This document shows, in pieces, positions 13,722 through 25,122 of a stretch of 64,000 bases of DNA. The first letter of the stretch is position 1. Each line of letters starts with the position of its first letter. The stretch spans positions 14,136,001 to 14,200,000 of the forward strand of contig NC_043020.1 of assembly GCF_006345805.1 (NCBI RefSeq), written 5' to 3'. The position numbers and the translations under genes were made by a program. The notes beneath the pieces were generated by a model. It was not told the DNA's origin, searched no databases, and saw only the letters and a program-made list of their open reading frames with translations. Source of the DNA: Octopus sinensis (taxonomy: Eukaryota).

Positions 13722-14030
13722 CATACATACATACATACACACACATTAAAAAATGAAACTTCACGTACAAATATGTACATCATATACATATGTGAATACA
13801 TACAACTGCAAATATGTCATCATAAGTAAATTAATTTAAATATAAATGTGTGTATGTGTGTGTACATATATATATATACACACACACACGCTACAAATGT
13901 ATACAGACAGGCACACATACATGTATACAAATATATGTATACAATCACACATACCGAAATATATATGTGTGTGTGTATATATATATATATACACACACAC
14001 ACAATAGACTTATTGATATACATTTATATA
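13385..14030. repeat. (TA)n/(CA)n microsatellite cluster
   Basis: Long dinucleotide tracts. Confidence 0.9.
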
Positions 14031-17000
14031 AACACAGAGAGAGATTCTCAGCCAAAAGTCTAGCTTCCTAGAAATATATATAGATATGTACATATAACTA
14101 ATCCAAGAACTGTGGATTGCACATTATGATCTATGGTTAAGAGATCCGTATTGCCTCTTTTTTTCCCCTTAGAATAATGCAATAGAATGAATGGTTACAA
14201 TTGTAAGACATTCCTTTGTCTGAATGGTAGTTCACTCAAATTGCATTTAGTGCGAGAAATTATCCAGGAATTTGTATTAGAGGGACAAGGTCCAGTTGAA
14301 TGGCCATGGTGCTGACACCTGAGGTCATCTGAAGCCAGTAATCTGTATGAATTAATACAGATTAACAAACTACATGAGGTAATGGTGCCCGGCCATGTGG
14401 ACATCAGTACAGCTACCCAGGAACAGTTTAAAGTTTAAGTATTCAACAAAGTCACAAATGTTTAGAAGTTAAAGGCCATCAGATAGAATACTTGTAATTT
14501 TGGGGCATTTAAATAAATTCTAAAAATTCTCTTTCTATGAATCCAGACTCTTGGCAACCTCTGATATACCACATCCATTTACATACATGCATGTGTGCAT
14601 GTATATATACACACACATTATATATATATATACACATACACACACAGGTACACTACAGAGTAATGTAGTTTATGTAAAAAGTTCATATAATAATATTAAT
14701 AATAATAATAATAACAACAACAATAAGTCAGAAAGATACTAGTAATAGGGACCACATATAGCAACATTGCAAACTAGGATGGTAAAGTAGTGTTGGTTAA
14801 GCAACAAGAAACAAGATAACTAGTTGTAGATGTTTGTATCTACTGGAACTAATTAACAGTCAAAGTATACTTGAATATACTTTAATAATTAGTTTCATTC
14901 AAGAGGGAGGGAGGAGGGTAAATATCTAAATAAAGGAAAATCTCTCGAGAGCAAATTAAATCCTGTTTAAAGCAGTGTGTATTATTATTGTTATTATTAT
15001 TATTATTATTATTTATACACCAGAGTGATGTTTTGAAACACTGGAAGTAATATTTCACCAAAGTTCTGATGAGACTATTCCCATGCTCTCAGTGAAGGGG
15101 TATCTGCACAGTTTTATCTCTCCTCATTTAATTTACTGCTTAAAAGAACCAATATCAGAGGAGATTAGGAAATACTGATGCTTACTCTATGAGGAAACAA
15201 TCTCAATATCCAAGTACATATACATACAAGAGTTAATAGATTCCTAATTGGAGAGTTTACTAAAAAAAAAAAACAAGAAAAAAAAAAGAAGAAAAAACAA
15301 ACAAAAAAACCTGAAACCAAATTAGAAAATGAATAGAATTAGCAACCAGGAATGCATCAATGTTTCACACTGCATCCTTGGTAACCAGGAGTGCATCAAT
15401 GTTTCACACTGCATCCTTGGTGCTGCTACAGCTGACTTCTTATATCATTGGCTCAACACTTTACCTTGTAATATAAACATTTAGATCCTATAAGCCTCTC
15501 TATCTAGTAGTAACATTAATCCTGATAAAAATGAACCATCAATAAGATGATGTTCTGGTCTGATAAGTTATACCTCATACCTAGTCCACCATAGTGTTAC
15601 ATAGTATATTTATTACTTTATATACAAATGTTGTGTGAACCATTGTTAATTTCTCTATCCTAATGCCTTACCTATTAAATTAACCTTGTTTGTTTATTTA
15701 ATTGTTTTCAAGATAGAATTAATTCAAAAATATCACTAATTAATTTTATTTACCTGTGAAGGACTACGAATCCTTATTAAAAGACATTGATTAATTAAAG
15801 GATCTGCTGTGCTGGTTTGTGTTCACCATGAAACCTTCAAAATTCTACATTCTATACAGACATATGAAACTAGTATTTTTCCATCTGATATGACGGAAAC
15901 TCGAATTACACAGAGAGGCACACAACTACAGAATTGTTGCTCATTTCAAGACAACTCTGTGCACAGCAATATCTTCTGCTTAATGCCTTTACATTTTAAA
16001 TGTTCAATAAAAGAAGTAAAGTTTAGGTTTGTAATCAAAGCTTAAAAATATTTATAAAAAAAAAAAACAAAAAAACATGAATTTCTAATCTAAAAGCGGT
16101 CTAACTGACCAAAGTTATCATCAATATCTACTCTGATAGGAGTGAAAAAGAAACAAAATATTAAATAAGAAAAAATTTATCCTGGTCACCTGAGCATTTT
16201 CTTGCCAGCAATGATGCTCATTTTGATTCAATAATAAAAAATAAATAAAATATTTTTAGTACTAAAGTAAAATGTCCTTTTTGTTCAATATTATTCTTTG
16301 TTTTTAAACCAATTGTCCTATATAGGTTATCGAGGTCTTGCATGGCCACCAGTGACTCCACTTGATGGCTGCTTTAACTGCAATAGCTGACAACAATGTT
16401 CAAGTATGGCTTTTTTTTTCTCTTTTTCTTATTTTAAATGATTTTGTGAAAAAAACAAAACCAGGCTAAGAACCTCATCTTTTAACTAACAATCATTAGT
16501 TGTTTCCTCATAAAAAAAAAAAAAATTAAAAAAAACCTCCCCAAACACTCTAGCTTTTCTTTGGGTTATGAAATTTTTAATTTTTTAGATGAGATATTTT
16601 TTAACCAAGATAAAAGCCAGTTCTTGAATGAAAAAAAAAAAAAAAGCTTGATATTTGGTATGTATGCATATGTATATTTGTTTGCATGTATATGAGTGTG
16701 TATGTATTTATGTGTATGCATATATGGGTGGAATACTTGCTGTAGGTCCTGAACAATCCCGAAGATCGGCAGGAAAGAGAATACTAAAATGCATATAGGC
16801 CATCAGGTTAGTATTTCATTGGTGCCTACAAGAGAAAACAAATAAATAAGAGTAATGATGCTTCATATCAATTAGTAACAATAATTATAAAAGATTTGGC
16901 ACAGAGGAGCAAAGTAAGGGAGGTAACTCAACAACTATCTCAAGACATAGAAATGGTGATTGTGGCATTCATGCTTTATTTCACTGACTTAAAACAAATG

Positions 17001-17379
17001 TAAGACTTCTTCATAGACCCAATTGTTTAACATACATTAGCTAGAATAAAACACAAATTGATAATTACTACATAACTTACCAACATTGTAAACCCTCGTT
17101 TATTTCAGTGGCGTCAAACAATATAAACATTATTTTTGGTAAACTTTACATCACCCAGGGTTAAGTAAAATAGAAAGTGTGTGCATAGTGAAACCTGTGA
17201 AGTTAACCAACAGAGATTTGACAATTTTGTATGTAATATCAGGGATAAGAAATGAAAAGGATGGTAAAGAACTAACAAGATGGACATAGTGTTTAATGAG
17301 GAAACAAAAGATTAGAGATGAGAGGTAGTTGGGTTAAGAGGTTATCCGATCATTTGCTCAAACTTGCAGTAGTTCTAAT

Positions 17380-17917
17380 TTGAGTCTTACCTTGTGTTTA
17401 CCTTCGACATTGAATTGAATTAAAAGACTGCTTGCGAAGACCTGTTGGGGCAAGTGAAATCGAAATCGCAATCGTAATTGAACCAATCCTATGACTGGCA
17501 CCCGGCAGATGCCAGGACCCCTGGACTGGTGGTACGTAAAAAGCACTATCCGAATCGTGGCCTATGCCAGCGCCGCCTCGACTGGCTTCCGTGCCGGTGG
17601 CACGTAAAAAGCACCGTCCGAATCGTGGCCGAAGCCAGCGCCGCCTCGACTGGCTTCCATGCTGGTGGCACGTAAAATGCACCAATCCGACCGTGGCCGT
17701 TGCCAGCCTCGCCTGGCACCTGTGCAGGTGGCACGTAAAAAGCACCCACTACACTCACGGAGTGGTTAGCGTTAGGAAAGGCATCCAGCCGTAGAAACAT
17801 TGCCAGATAAGACCGGAGCCTGGTGCAGCCTTCTGGCTTCCCAGATCCCCGGTCGAACCGTCCAACCCATGCTAGCATGGAGAACGGACGTTAAACGATG
17901 ATGATGGTGGTGATGAT
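17380..17917 (+). mobile_element. Family B RTE-type 3' end with internal tandem repeats
   Basis: ORF-end-like gactgcttgcgaagacctgttg, several ~60-bp gtgccggtggcacgtaaaaagcacc units and a ttaaacgatgatg tail. Confidence 0.85.
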
Positions 17918-18216
17918 AAAAGTCAGGACTTATCAAGTTCAACATGGTTTTATGGTGGGGAGTGTATGAGCTTTAAGAGAAACAGGAATTAAAAACTGAA
18001 ATTATGCTATTATTGTCTGGTAGAGTTGAGAGGAAAGGCAAAAGTGGATGATCTAGAAGATGGTGTACGATTTGAGGGAGATCTAGCTGCTATTTATATC
18101 AGTTTGAACCATATAAAGGCTCTTTTATTAATTTGTAACCTGTTGTTGTTACCTTTAGATCAATTCTACCTGAACAGACCTATATCGAAAGACATTCCAG
18201 TTTTGACTATCCAGTC

Positions 18217-18622
18217 CAGGGGTTCTAAACCATTTTTTATCTATGGACCCCTTTGATTGCTATTTTATTCTGGTGGACCCCCTAATTTTATAGAAGCAAC
18301 TTTCAAAATTCCTATTTTGTTTATCGCACATTCACTTGTGTAGGCTGAACTATGTAAAATGTTAGAGAAAGAAACCAAGCTGTTTCTTACAAATACACAC
18401 CAATTTATACATCTGAAGCAAAATTTTTTCAGGGGCCCCTAAAGTACTATTGTGGATCCCCAATTTACTATTTTGCTGTGAGGACACCCAAATATCTTAC
18501 ATTTTTTTTAGGGGCCCCTAAAGTACTATTGTGGATCCCCAATTTACTATTTTGCTGTGAGGACACCCAAATATCTTACATGGACCCTCAGGGGCCATAT
18601 AGACCCCAGTTGAAAACCAGTG
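18217..18622. mobile_element. hAT/Charlie-like MITE with a 79-bp internal tandem duplication
   Basis: caggggttctaaacc...gttgaaaaccagtg termini; aggggcccctaaag at 18431 and 18510. No clear TSD. Confidence 0.6.
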
Positions 18623-19730
18623 TTGTAGATGAAAGAGGAATTTCTAAAAGTAATTCTGAAATTTCAGAAACAATTTTATGTAATGGGGAAGAAAAGAATA
18701 GTTTGAGCGACTTAGTTTAGTGGCCATTTCAAGCATTCATCACCTTGGGTCTGTTAAAAACAAAAACATCATTCTACTGTCTTAAAAAAATAAGAACACA
18801 TTTGACAATGTGGTCCATAAAGACAGGATGGTCACAGCAAGAATGATTCTGGCCCTGGAGGACAGTTTGAGCAGGGGGTCAATCTAGGGTAGATGAGAAC
18901 TTGTTCTTTCTTCATCTATCAAATTATAAAACAAGAAAACTCAGAGTACTTACCTGAAGAGAAGATTTGGTAGTGCCACATTCTGACCATTGAACAACCA
19001 GTCTAGCCTTGCAGCTGGACACTTGCTTCATGATGAGGATGAAGATGATGATGTTAGTAGTGGTGGTGATGGTGTATGAAGAGAGTCCTTTCTATGTAGA
19101 CTTGCTGTTTGTTATTTAGTTTTAATTTTTCTTCTTCTTCATAATACTTCACAGTTTAGCAATGAGGTAGAGCTGCCGGAGTTGTGGAATATGAATATTT
19201 CAGTTTTCCATTCTTCCTCATGGTTGGCTTCTGGTTTATCATTTCAGAAATAGTTTTTATGTTTTTTTTTCCATTCTGTTTTTCTGTTATTCACTGATAT
19301 AATTCAATATAAAATTTCAAATATCTTCATTATTTTACCAAGAGTTAAACATTTATTTTTTTTTTCCTTCTAAACTTTTGTTTGGCACCAAAGTGTTCTG
19401 TGGCTAATTCCTATGAAAACATTCATCTCCATAAAAGAAAAATGTAAAATCTATATTGGCAGTAAAACATTTCAGTTTTGTTTAAACTGATATTTTTTTT
19501 TTTACAGGAAAAAATAACCCAAAACAGAGCTTTTAAAGGGGTGGGTAACCATTAGAATTTTGATAAGAATATTTCCAAGTTTGGAAGATGTATAAAAAAA
19601 ATTGATAATTCTAATGGTTTTATAAAGTTTGAAGGGGAAAAGAAAAGTAGGGCCTTTGTGTGAGTATGTGTGTGTGTTTTTCTCCATCCTTTACAATGAT
19701 GTTAAACACAGATGTGATACGTTCTTACAT

Positions 19731-22175
19731 TCATGTAGCACCACGTACAACTATCACAACCAAATAATCATCTTTAATCGGCTCAGCAGGTAATTTAGGG
19801 GCGCAGCCAAGAAGAAAGTTATACCCAAACTGACATGGAGGGAATGCATGCAAAACTCCAACATTTTCTTTGTCCTTTGAAGGATTGGGTGGCAAGGAGA
19901 TTACACCAGCAGCTTCTTTCTGTTTTAAGTAGCTAACTAAATTTTTTAAAGGTCTTTGTTGAATTTGTCCCACTTCGCAATTTGGTAATGTACTAGGCAG
20001 AGCTAAAAGAATACAGTGTCCATGTGAGCCAGACGAAGTGACCCGCCTGCCAACTTCATCTAATTTCGGTTGGTCAAGCCTCAGTCTCTGGGTGATACGA
20101 AGTACTGATGTTTCTGTTGTGGTGGTATCTCTCATTAGGGTATCGACTATAGTTACATCACCACTAACAACATGCATACGGGCGAGAAATGCACTGTTTT
20201 TTAATATAAGAGCACCGTTCCAAGCAACAGGTAAGCACTTTGCTAAATCTACCAAATTGTTCACATGCTCCGCCACGCTGAGTTCTTTCTCCGTGGGAGG
20301 GCGAGCTTTTTTGTTTACCTCTGAATTTCTGTCCGATGCTAGTTCCTGGGGTAATTTAACGTCTGGTTTGTTTTGCTCGCGGAATTCATTCTCTCTGGCA
20401 GCACGGTAAATATCCGGTCGTTCTTGGCTGAGAGACCTATATCGTTTTTGATTAAGAAGAAATTCCTCAGGTGGAGAACGTCCTCTTTTACGTCGGTCAC
20501 CATGAAGACTGACGGCCCGCTCCATCACTTCGATTCGATTGCTACCTCTGTGTTCGAAATCGCGCGGGTTATCAGGATTTCTAAACACGTTAATGGGATC
20601 GGCCTCGATCGGGTGCCACGGATCACGAGGCCGAGTTTTGTCCGATACATGTGAATCAACAAAGCCGTCAGTCCGTCTTTGATCGCCGCATCCATAGGAA
20701 GCATTACTAAAGTCTCTTATATGATCCGCATTGTCGGATTTACCATCAACAGTCGTTGACGGGAAAGGAATATGATTAGAATCAGAAAAGTCAACCCTTA
20801 ACGAGAAGTCTTTCTCCCCGAAAGGGTTCCGCCTCATTTCTTGAAATGCCGCCTGGGCAGCATCTTTACTGTCATATAAAACATAAGCATGTGGTTTGCT
20901 GTGTGGCCATACAATACTTTTGATAGCTCCAAAACGATCAAATTCGCGATATAAAGTTGAATAAGTGATCCAAGGGCCGAGGCCTCCGACCCACAAACAT
21001 GTAGTCGGGGTCACTTTACCATAACCAATCCTGCATTGAAACTTACCTATGTGCTTACCTGACATTTCAATCTTGGCTCTATGTGCACAATCCAAATTTA
21101 TGAATTTAACAAATGCATAAGGATTTCCCTGTCCTCTCTGCTGTCTTTTAATGTCAATATCTTCAACAACTCCGAAGCGTTCGAAGTGTCTCCGTAATTC
21201 CGTTTCCGAAACACTGTGATCGAGATTGCCAACAAATAAAGTCCGAGTAGCTTTCTCTTCAGTCTCTGGAGAAGGATGCCGCGGGTTGACCGGGTTCTTT
21301 TCGATGTTTCCATGCCTCGAGTCTGTATAAAGGTATTCCCTTTCTCTGGGTAGATCTCGGATAGGATTCACGTTGCGACCAGCTCTTCGCCCAGCAACCA
21401 AAGGCAGTCCGGGTGAAATACTTCGGTTGGCGAATCTATCAGAAACAGCGAGGATGGCTGCAGCTCCTGGTCTTGAGATGTAGTCTGTGGTAGACGGACT
21501 GTTGCTTCTACGGCGATTGTTCAAGACAGGCTCCACACGTATGGGTCGGTCAAAAAGGACCAAATTATTGGACTTGTCGTGTCTGGCAGCCCGTGCATCT
21601 TCAGGATAACGAAAATTCACGTAAGCCACCATCTGGTCGCCGACGTAGGAGAGCCGGATGTTGAAGACACCAAAACGTTCAAATTCGCAGTATAATCTTT
21701 CAATCAAAATGGATTCCGAAATCTTGGGATTGAGGTTACTGATACACAACGACCGGTACGGTTCCTGGATTGTTGCTGGTGGCGCTCTGTTGTCAGCCGT
21801 CGATCGAGACGAAGACGAAGATGAAGAATTGTGACTGTAATCACCGCTGCCCCCGACTCTATCATCTCGATACGGCTTCCTGGAATGTTCGACATCGTGG
21901 TCGTACGTCGTTCGATAAGATTTCCCAGCTGTTCCACCTCGGTTAGAATTTGTCGAAGCTCCTGCTGGAAGGATCTTAGAAGTAACAACAGCAGCGCTAC
22001 TACCGCTAACAGAACCAGCACAACCAGTTGTACTGGCACTAACGGTGGTACGGCCATCGCGACGATCCATGTCTGGGCTTAGTATATTCCTATTTAATTC
22101 ATGATCACTCGTTCCATAGCTGCTTCTCATACGCTTGCTACGAGGTGAGACGTCTCTGTCTTGCTGTCGTTTCAT
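19731..22175 (-). CDS. RBM15: RNA-binding protein 15 / Spenito (SPEN family; m6A writer-complex adaptor), 814 aa, CDS in one exon
   Basis: Uninterrupted ORF. RRM1 (YRSLCISNL...VAYVNFRYPEDARAA), RRM2 (ATRTLFVGNLD...YAFVKF), RRM3 (LWVGGLGPW...LRVDFSD) and SPOC (WNGALILKNSAF...LRITQRLRLDQPKL...LKQKEAAGVISLP...DYLVVIVVRG). The N-terminus MKRQQDRDVSP resembles RBM15B MKRQSERDSSP (from memory). The track start at 22307 is a TTG; the first in-frame ATG is 22175. Confidence 0.95.
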   Translation of the reverse strand: MKRQQDRDVSPRSKRMRSSYGTSDHELNRNILSPDMDRRDGRTTVSASTTGCAGSVSGSSAAVVTSKILPAGASTNSNRGGTAGKSYRTTYDHDVEHSRKPYRDDRVGGSGDYSHNSSSSSSSRSTADNRAPPATIQEPYRSLCISNLNPKISESILIERLYCEFERFGVFNIRLSYVGDQMVAYVNFRYPEDARAARHDKSNNLVLFDRPIRVEPVLNNRRRSNSPSTTDYISRPGAAAILAVSDRFANRSISPGLPLVAGRRAGRNVNPIRDLPREREYLYTDSRHGNIEKNPVNPRHPSPETEEKATRTLFVGNLDHSVSETELRRHFERFGVVEDIDIKRQQRGQGNPYAFVKFINLDCAHRAKIEMSGKHIGKFQCRIGYGKVTPTTCLWVGGLGPWITYSTLYREFDRFGAIKSIVWPHSKPHAYVLYDSKDAAQAAFQEMRRNPFGEKDFSLRVDFSDSNHIPFPSTTVDGKSDNADHIRDFSNASYGCGDQRRTDGFVDSHVSDKTRPRDPWHPIEADPINVFRNPDNPRDFEHRGSNRIEVMERAVSLHGDRRKRGRSPPEEFLLNQKRYRSLSQERPDIYRAARENEFREQNKPDVKLPQELASDRNSEVNKKARPPTEKELSVAEHVNNLVDLAKCLPVAWNGALILKNSAFLARMHVVSGDVTIVDTLMRDTTTTETSVLRITQRLRLDQPKLDEVGRRVTSSGSHGHCILLALPSTLPNCEVGQIQQRPLKNLVSYLKQKEAAGVISLPPNPSKDKENVGVLHAFPPCQFGYNFLLGCAPKLPAEPIKDDYLVVIVVRGAT

Positions 22176-22228
22176 CACTTGCAGATGAGAAGATGAAATA
22201 ACAATGATTGGCAATCTTTCAAACTCAT
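22175..22228 (-). other. Upstream ORF2 of RBM15 (MSLKDCQSLLFHLLICK*)
   Basis: ATG abuts the uORF1 stop (TAGATG). Its TGA (22177-22175) overlaps the main ATG (TGATG). Translation is unproven. Confidence 0.45.
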
Positions 22229-22261
22229 CTATTCTCCCACTGTCAACTGAATGGCCGCCAT
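22229..22261 (-). other. Upstream ORF1 of RBM15 (MAAIQLTVGE*)
   Basis: caagATGG context (A at -3, G at +4), TAG at 22231-22229. Translation is unproven. Confidence 0.45.
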
Positions 22262-22265
22262 CTTG
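22254..22265 (-). promoter_or_regulatory. YY1-type motif (CAAGATGGCGGC) ~80 nt upstream of the RBM15 ATG
   Basis: Exact GCCGCCATCTTG on the plus strand. This motif typically lies just downstream of housekeeping-gene TSSs and contains a Kozak-like ATG. Confidence 0.6.
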
Positions 22266-22279
22266 TCTACTTCTTACCT

Positions 22280-22525
22280 TGCGCTGGAACGCAGCGCAAA
22301 CGCCCAAAAATACTCACGACTCATTTAAAATCTAAAAATAAAGCAATCTTTAAAAATTCATCCACGAAAATGCAATAGAATTACTAAGAATGTTCACAGT
22401 AAATGCAAATAATATTTTAAATGTAAGCTATATTACAAAATATTGCGCCGTTCTATGGGAACATTTTTTCTTCGTGATATCAATCCGCGAGGTCAAACGT
22501 CAGCAGTGACAAGTTCCGCTTCTTT
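22280..22525 (-). promoter_or_regulatory. Putative RBM15 core promoter / 5' leader
   Basis: Unique, CpG-retaining sequence between the YY1 motif and an upstream microsatellite. The TSS cannot be placed from sequence alone. Confidence 0.35.
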
Positions 22526-22991
22526 ATACTAATTACACGCACGCGCACACACACATACATTCACACACACATGCATATATATTACGTATATGTCGTATAT
22601 ATATGCATCTTATATATATATATATATATAAATAAATATATATATATATACATACATACATAAATCATACATATGTATATATTATCTACATGTTTAGTCT
22701 GTTTTGGTAATTAAAGTGCGAAACATTTAAAATTAGGTTTCCTCTCTTTTCTTCCTGTATAGCCATAGCTGTGTCTCGACGAAAGTCGTCCTTGCAATCA
22801 ACAGCAAATGACGATGCCTGTGCACGGTCGATCGAGGAATGATGTAGGTTTATGTTAAACGAAAGAGAACGATGCAAGAAGAAAAATTGCCACCATCACT
22901 GCTGCTGCCCTTCCCTCTTCAGACCAACCACATTTTATTATTGTCTCATTCATTGCTACCTTACCGAATCTCACACCTAAATCATATCTAT

Positions 22992-23051
<60 letters not shown>

Positions 23052-23869
23052 TATGTGCATGTAAACCCGAGAATCGGTTTTACTACGTCTGTGAACGACA
23101 CGACTGGGATCTAACCTGGGATTATTTAACGGGCATTAGGGTGGAAATAAAGTTCAGCTTGTGTCGATTTTTTTTTACATTGGGCGTTAGAAATATATAT
23201 ATAATAAAATACATGTCACCCATGTATATTCTATATATATATATATGCTTAAAAATCTATATAAAATATATATTGTATATATAATATATGTATATTATAT
23301 ATACATACACATACGCACACATATAAGTGTATTTATATCTGTATATTATTACACACACCCATATATATATATATATATATATGTTATATATATATATATA
23401 TAGTAATATAATATTGAATAAGGGTAGAAATTGATATTAATTAATTAAAACGAGTGGCCTAGCATATTAAAAAAATCCGAAGATTAAAATATTTTTTATA
23501 CACAAAATTTAAAGGACTGACCACTAAAAGTGGACGGTCAATATGCTAGATATAGACGTCAAAATCGCTATTTTCCACGAAGAATGTGTTCTCAAGAAAA
23601 AACTCAGCACAAAATATATAGTAATATACATAGACATTTATTTGTGCGTACGTGTAATAGTTATCCACTCGTGACCGAGGAAGATGATGTCTCGGAAGGT
23701 TTTCCTCCGTCACTCAATTATAGATTACTGAACCCAATAAATCGATATTTTTTATTTTATCTTATTTTTTCCGACAAGAAATGAAAGTCGACCGAAGGGA
23801 GATAACTCAGAAAGTCCCTTTTATCGAGGTTGCCGCTTTGTTAGTTCTATAAAGCAATTGGGCCTACGT

Positions 23870-24080
23870 CGAGGTCGACGATGATAGATCGTTAGCTCCT
23901 ACACGCATTTTTTTCTCTCCTTGTTTTTTTTCTTTGTATCTTTCTATCGAAGAGCGTAGGCTCGAAACGTAAAAGACTTGTTTTATTTATATTCCTGAGC
24001 GCCATACTAATACATTTGTTTGTTTGTACTCCACCTGCCTTCGTCTTTTGTTTATTTTCGTAAACCTTCCAGTTATATTA
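23870..24080 (+). mobile_element. Penelope-type terminal repeat fragment with hammerhead-like motif
   Basis: gaagagcgtaggctcgaaacgtaaaagac followed by a T-rich tail, typical of PLE terminal repeats. Confidence 0.55.
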
Positions 24081-24732
24081 TATATTGGCGATCTTTCGTC
24101 TCTAGTAGACCTTTCCGTCGATTTCCGTAAAATTTTTTTTTTTACATATGGGCTTGCGGGAACTTTTGAAGTAATATACATACATATACACATACACCGA
24201 GTAAAAATATTATATATACATACACATACGCACACATATAAGTGTATTTATATCTGTATATTATTACACACACACACACATATATATATATAGTAATATA
24301 CATAGACATTTATTTGTGTGCATGTATATTGAATTAGCGTGTAGTTGGCTGAATATTCTACGCACTTGTACCCTTAATGTTATCCTCTGGTAAAATCAGT
24401 GTGACAGGGCGGGACCGTTTTCGAATTACGTGTTGGTTCGAAGCTACGATAATGATATTTACCCAGGTCTCGTGACTAGAAAGTGAACTTCCTACCCAAT
24501 CGGCCATATTATTTAGTCGACGATATAAACACACACACACATATATATACACACACATGCACACACACACACGCATGCACACACACACGCACGCGCGCGC
24601 GCGCGGGGGACATAACTCAATCGGTAGGGGACTTAATCATTTAACAGTTTTGATTAAATGAACAACTGATTGAAGATTCAGTTTGATGTGATTGACTCGT
24701 ACACTTTTGAAAATGGTGCCCCAGTATTGCCA

Positions 24733-25122
24733 CGGTTTGAACGGCAGTTTTTCTAGCGGTGTCATATGAAATTGTCACTCATAATTATGACCCTAGTATC
24801 AATCTATTGCATTTCAATCTCTTTTAGGGTTAGGGGTGGATGAAGGGTATCTTTTTTTCTTCAGAAATGTAAATAAACCCAACCTGTTTCTTAAACGAGG
24901 GACATATTCATACGGCACAGAATGTTTTCACCTCAATAGCCGTCATTGATTGGTTGAAATTGCAGAAAAAAACAACAAATATCTTACAAACCATAGAATT
25001 TTCTCAATAAAGCCAAAAGAAAAAGATGTTTTATAAACACATTCTACCCGTATACGAAGTTTAAAAGTGTTTAGTTACATGGAAATTACTTTTAAAAACT
25101 GCCGGTCAAACCGAAAAGATCC
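24733..25122 (+). mobile_element. Family M MITE (GGATC..GATCC termini), left end eroded
   Basis: Colinear with 33367-33782. Confidence 0.85.

Noticed and set aside
15344-15421. 39-bp tandem duplication
   Set aside because: Ordinary slippage duplication with no further structure.
22176-22307. 44-aa N-terminal extension of RBM15 in the ORF track
   Set aside because: It starts at TTG, an in-frame TGA lies at 22316-22314, and there is no recognisable homology. Non-AUG initiation cannot be excluded but is unsupported.
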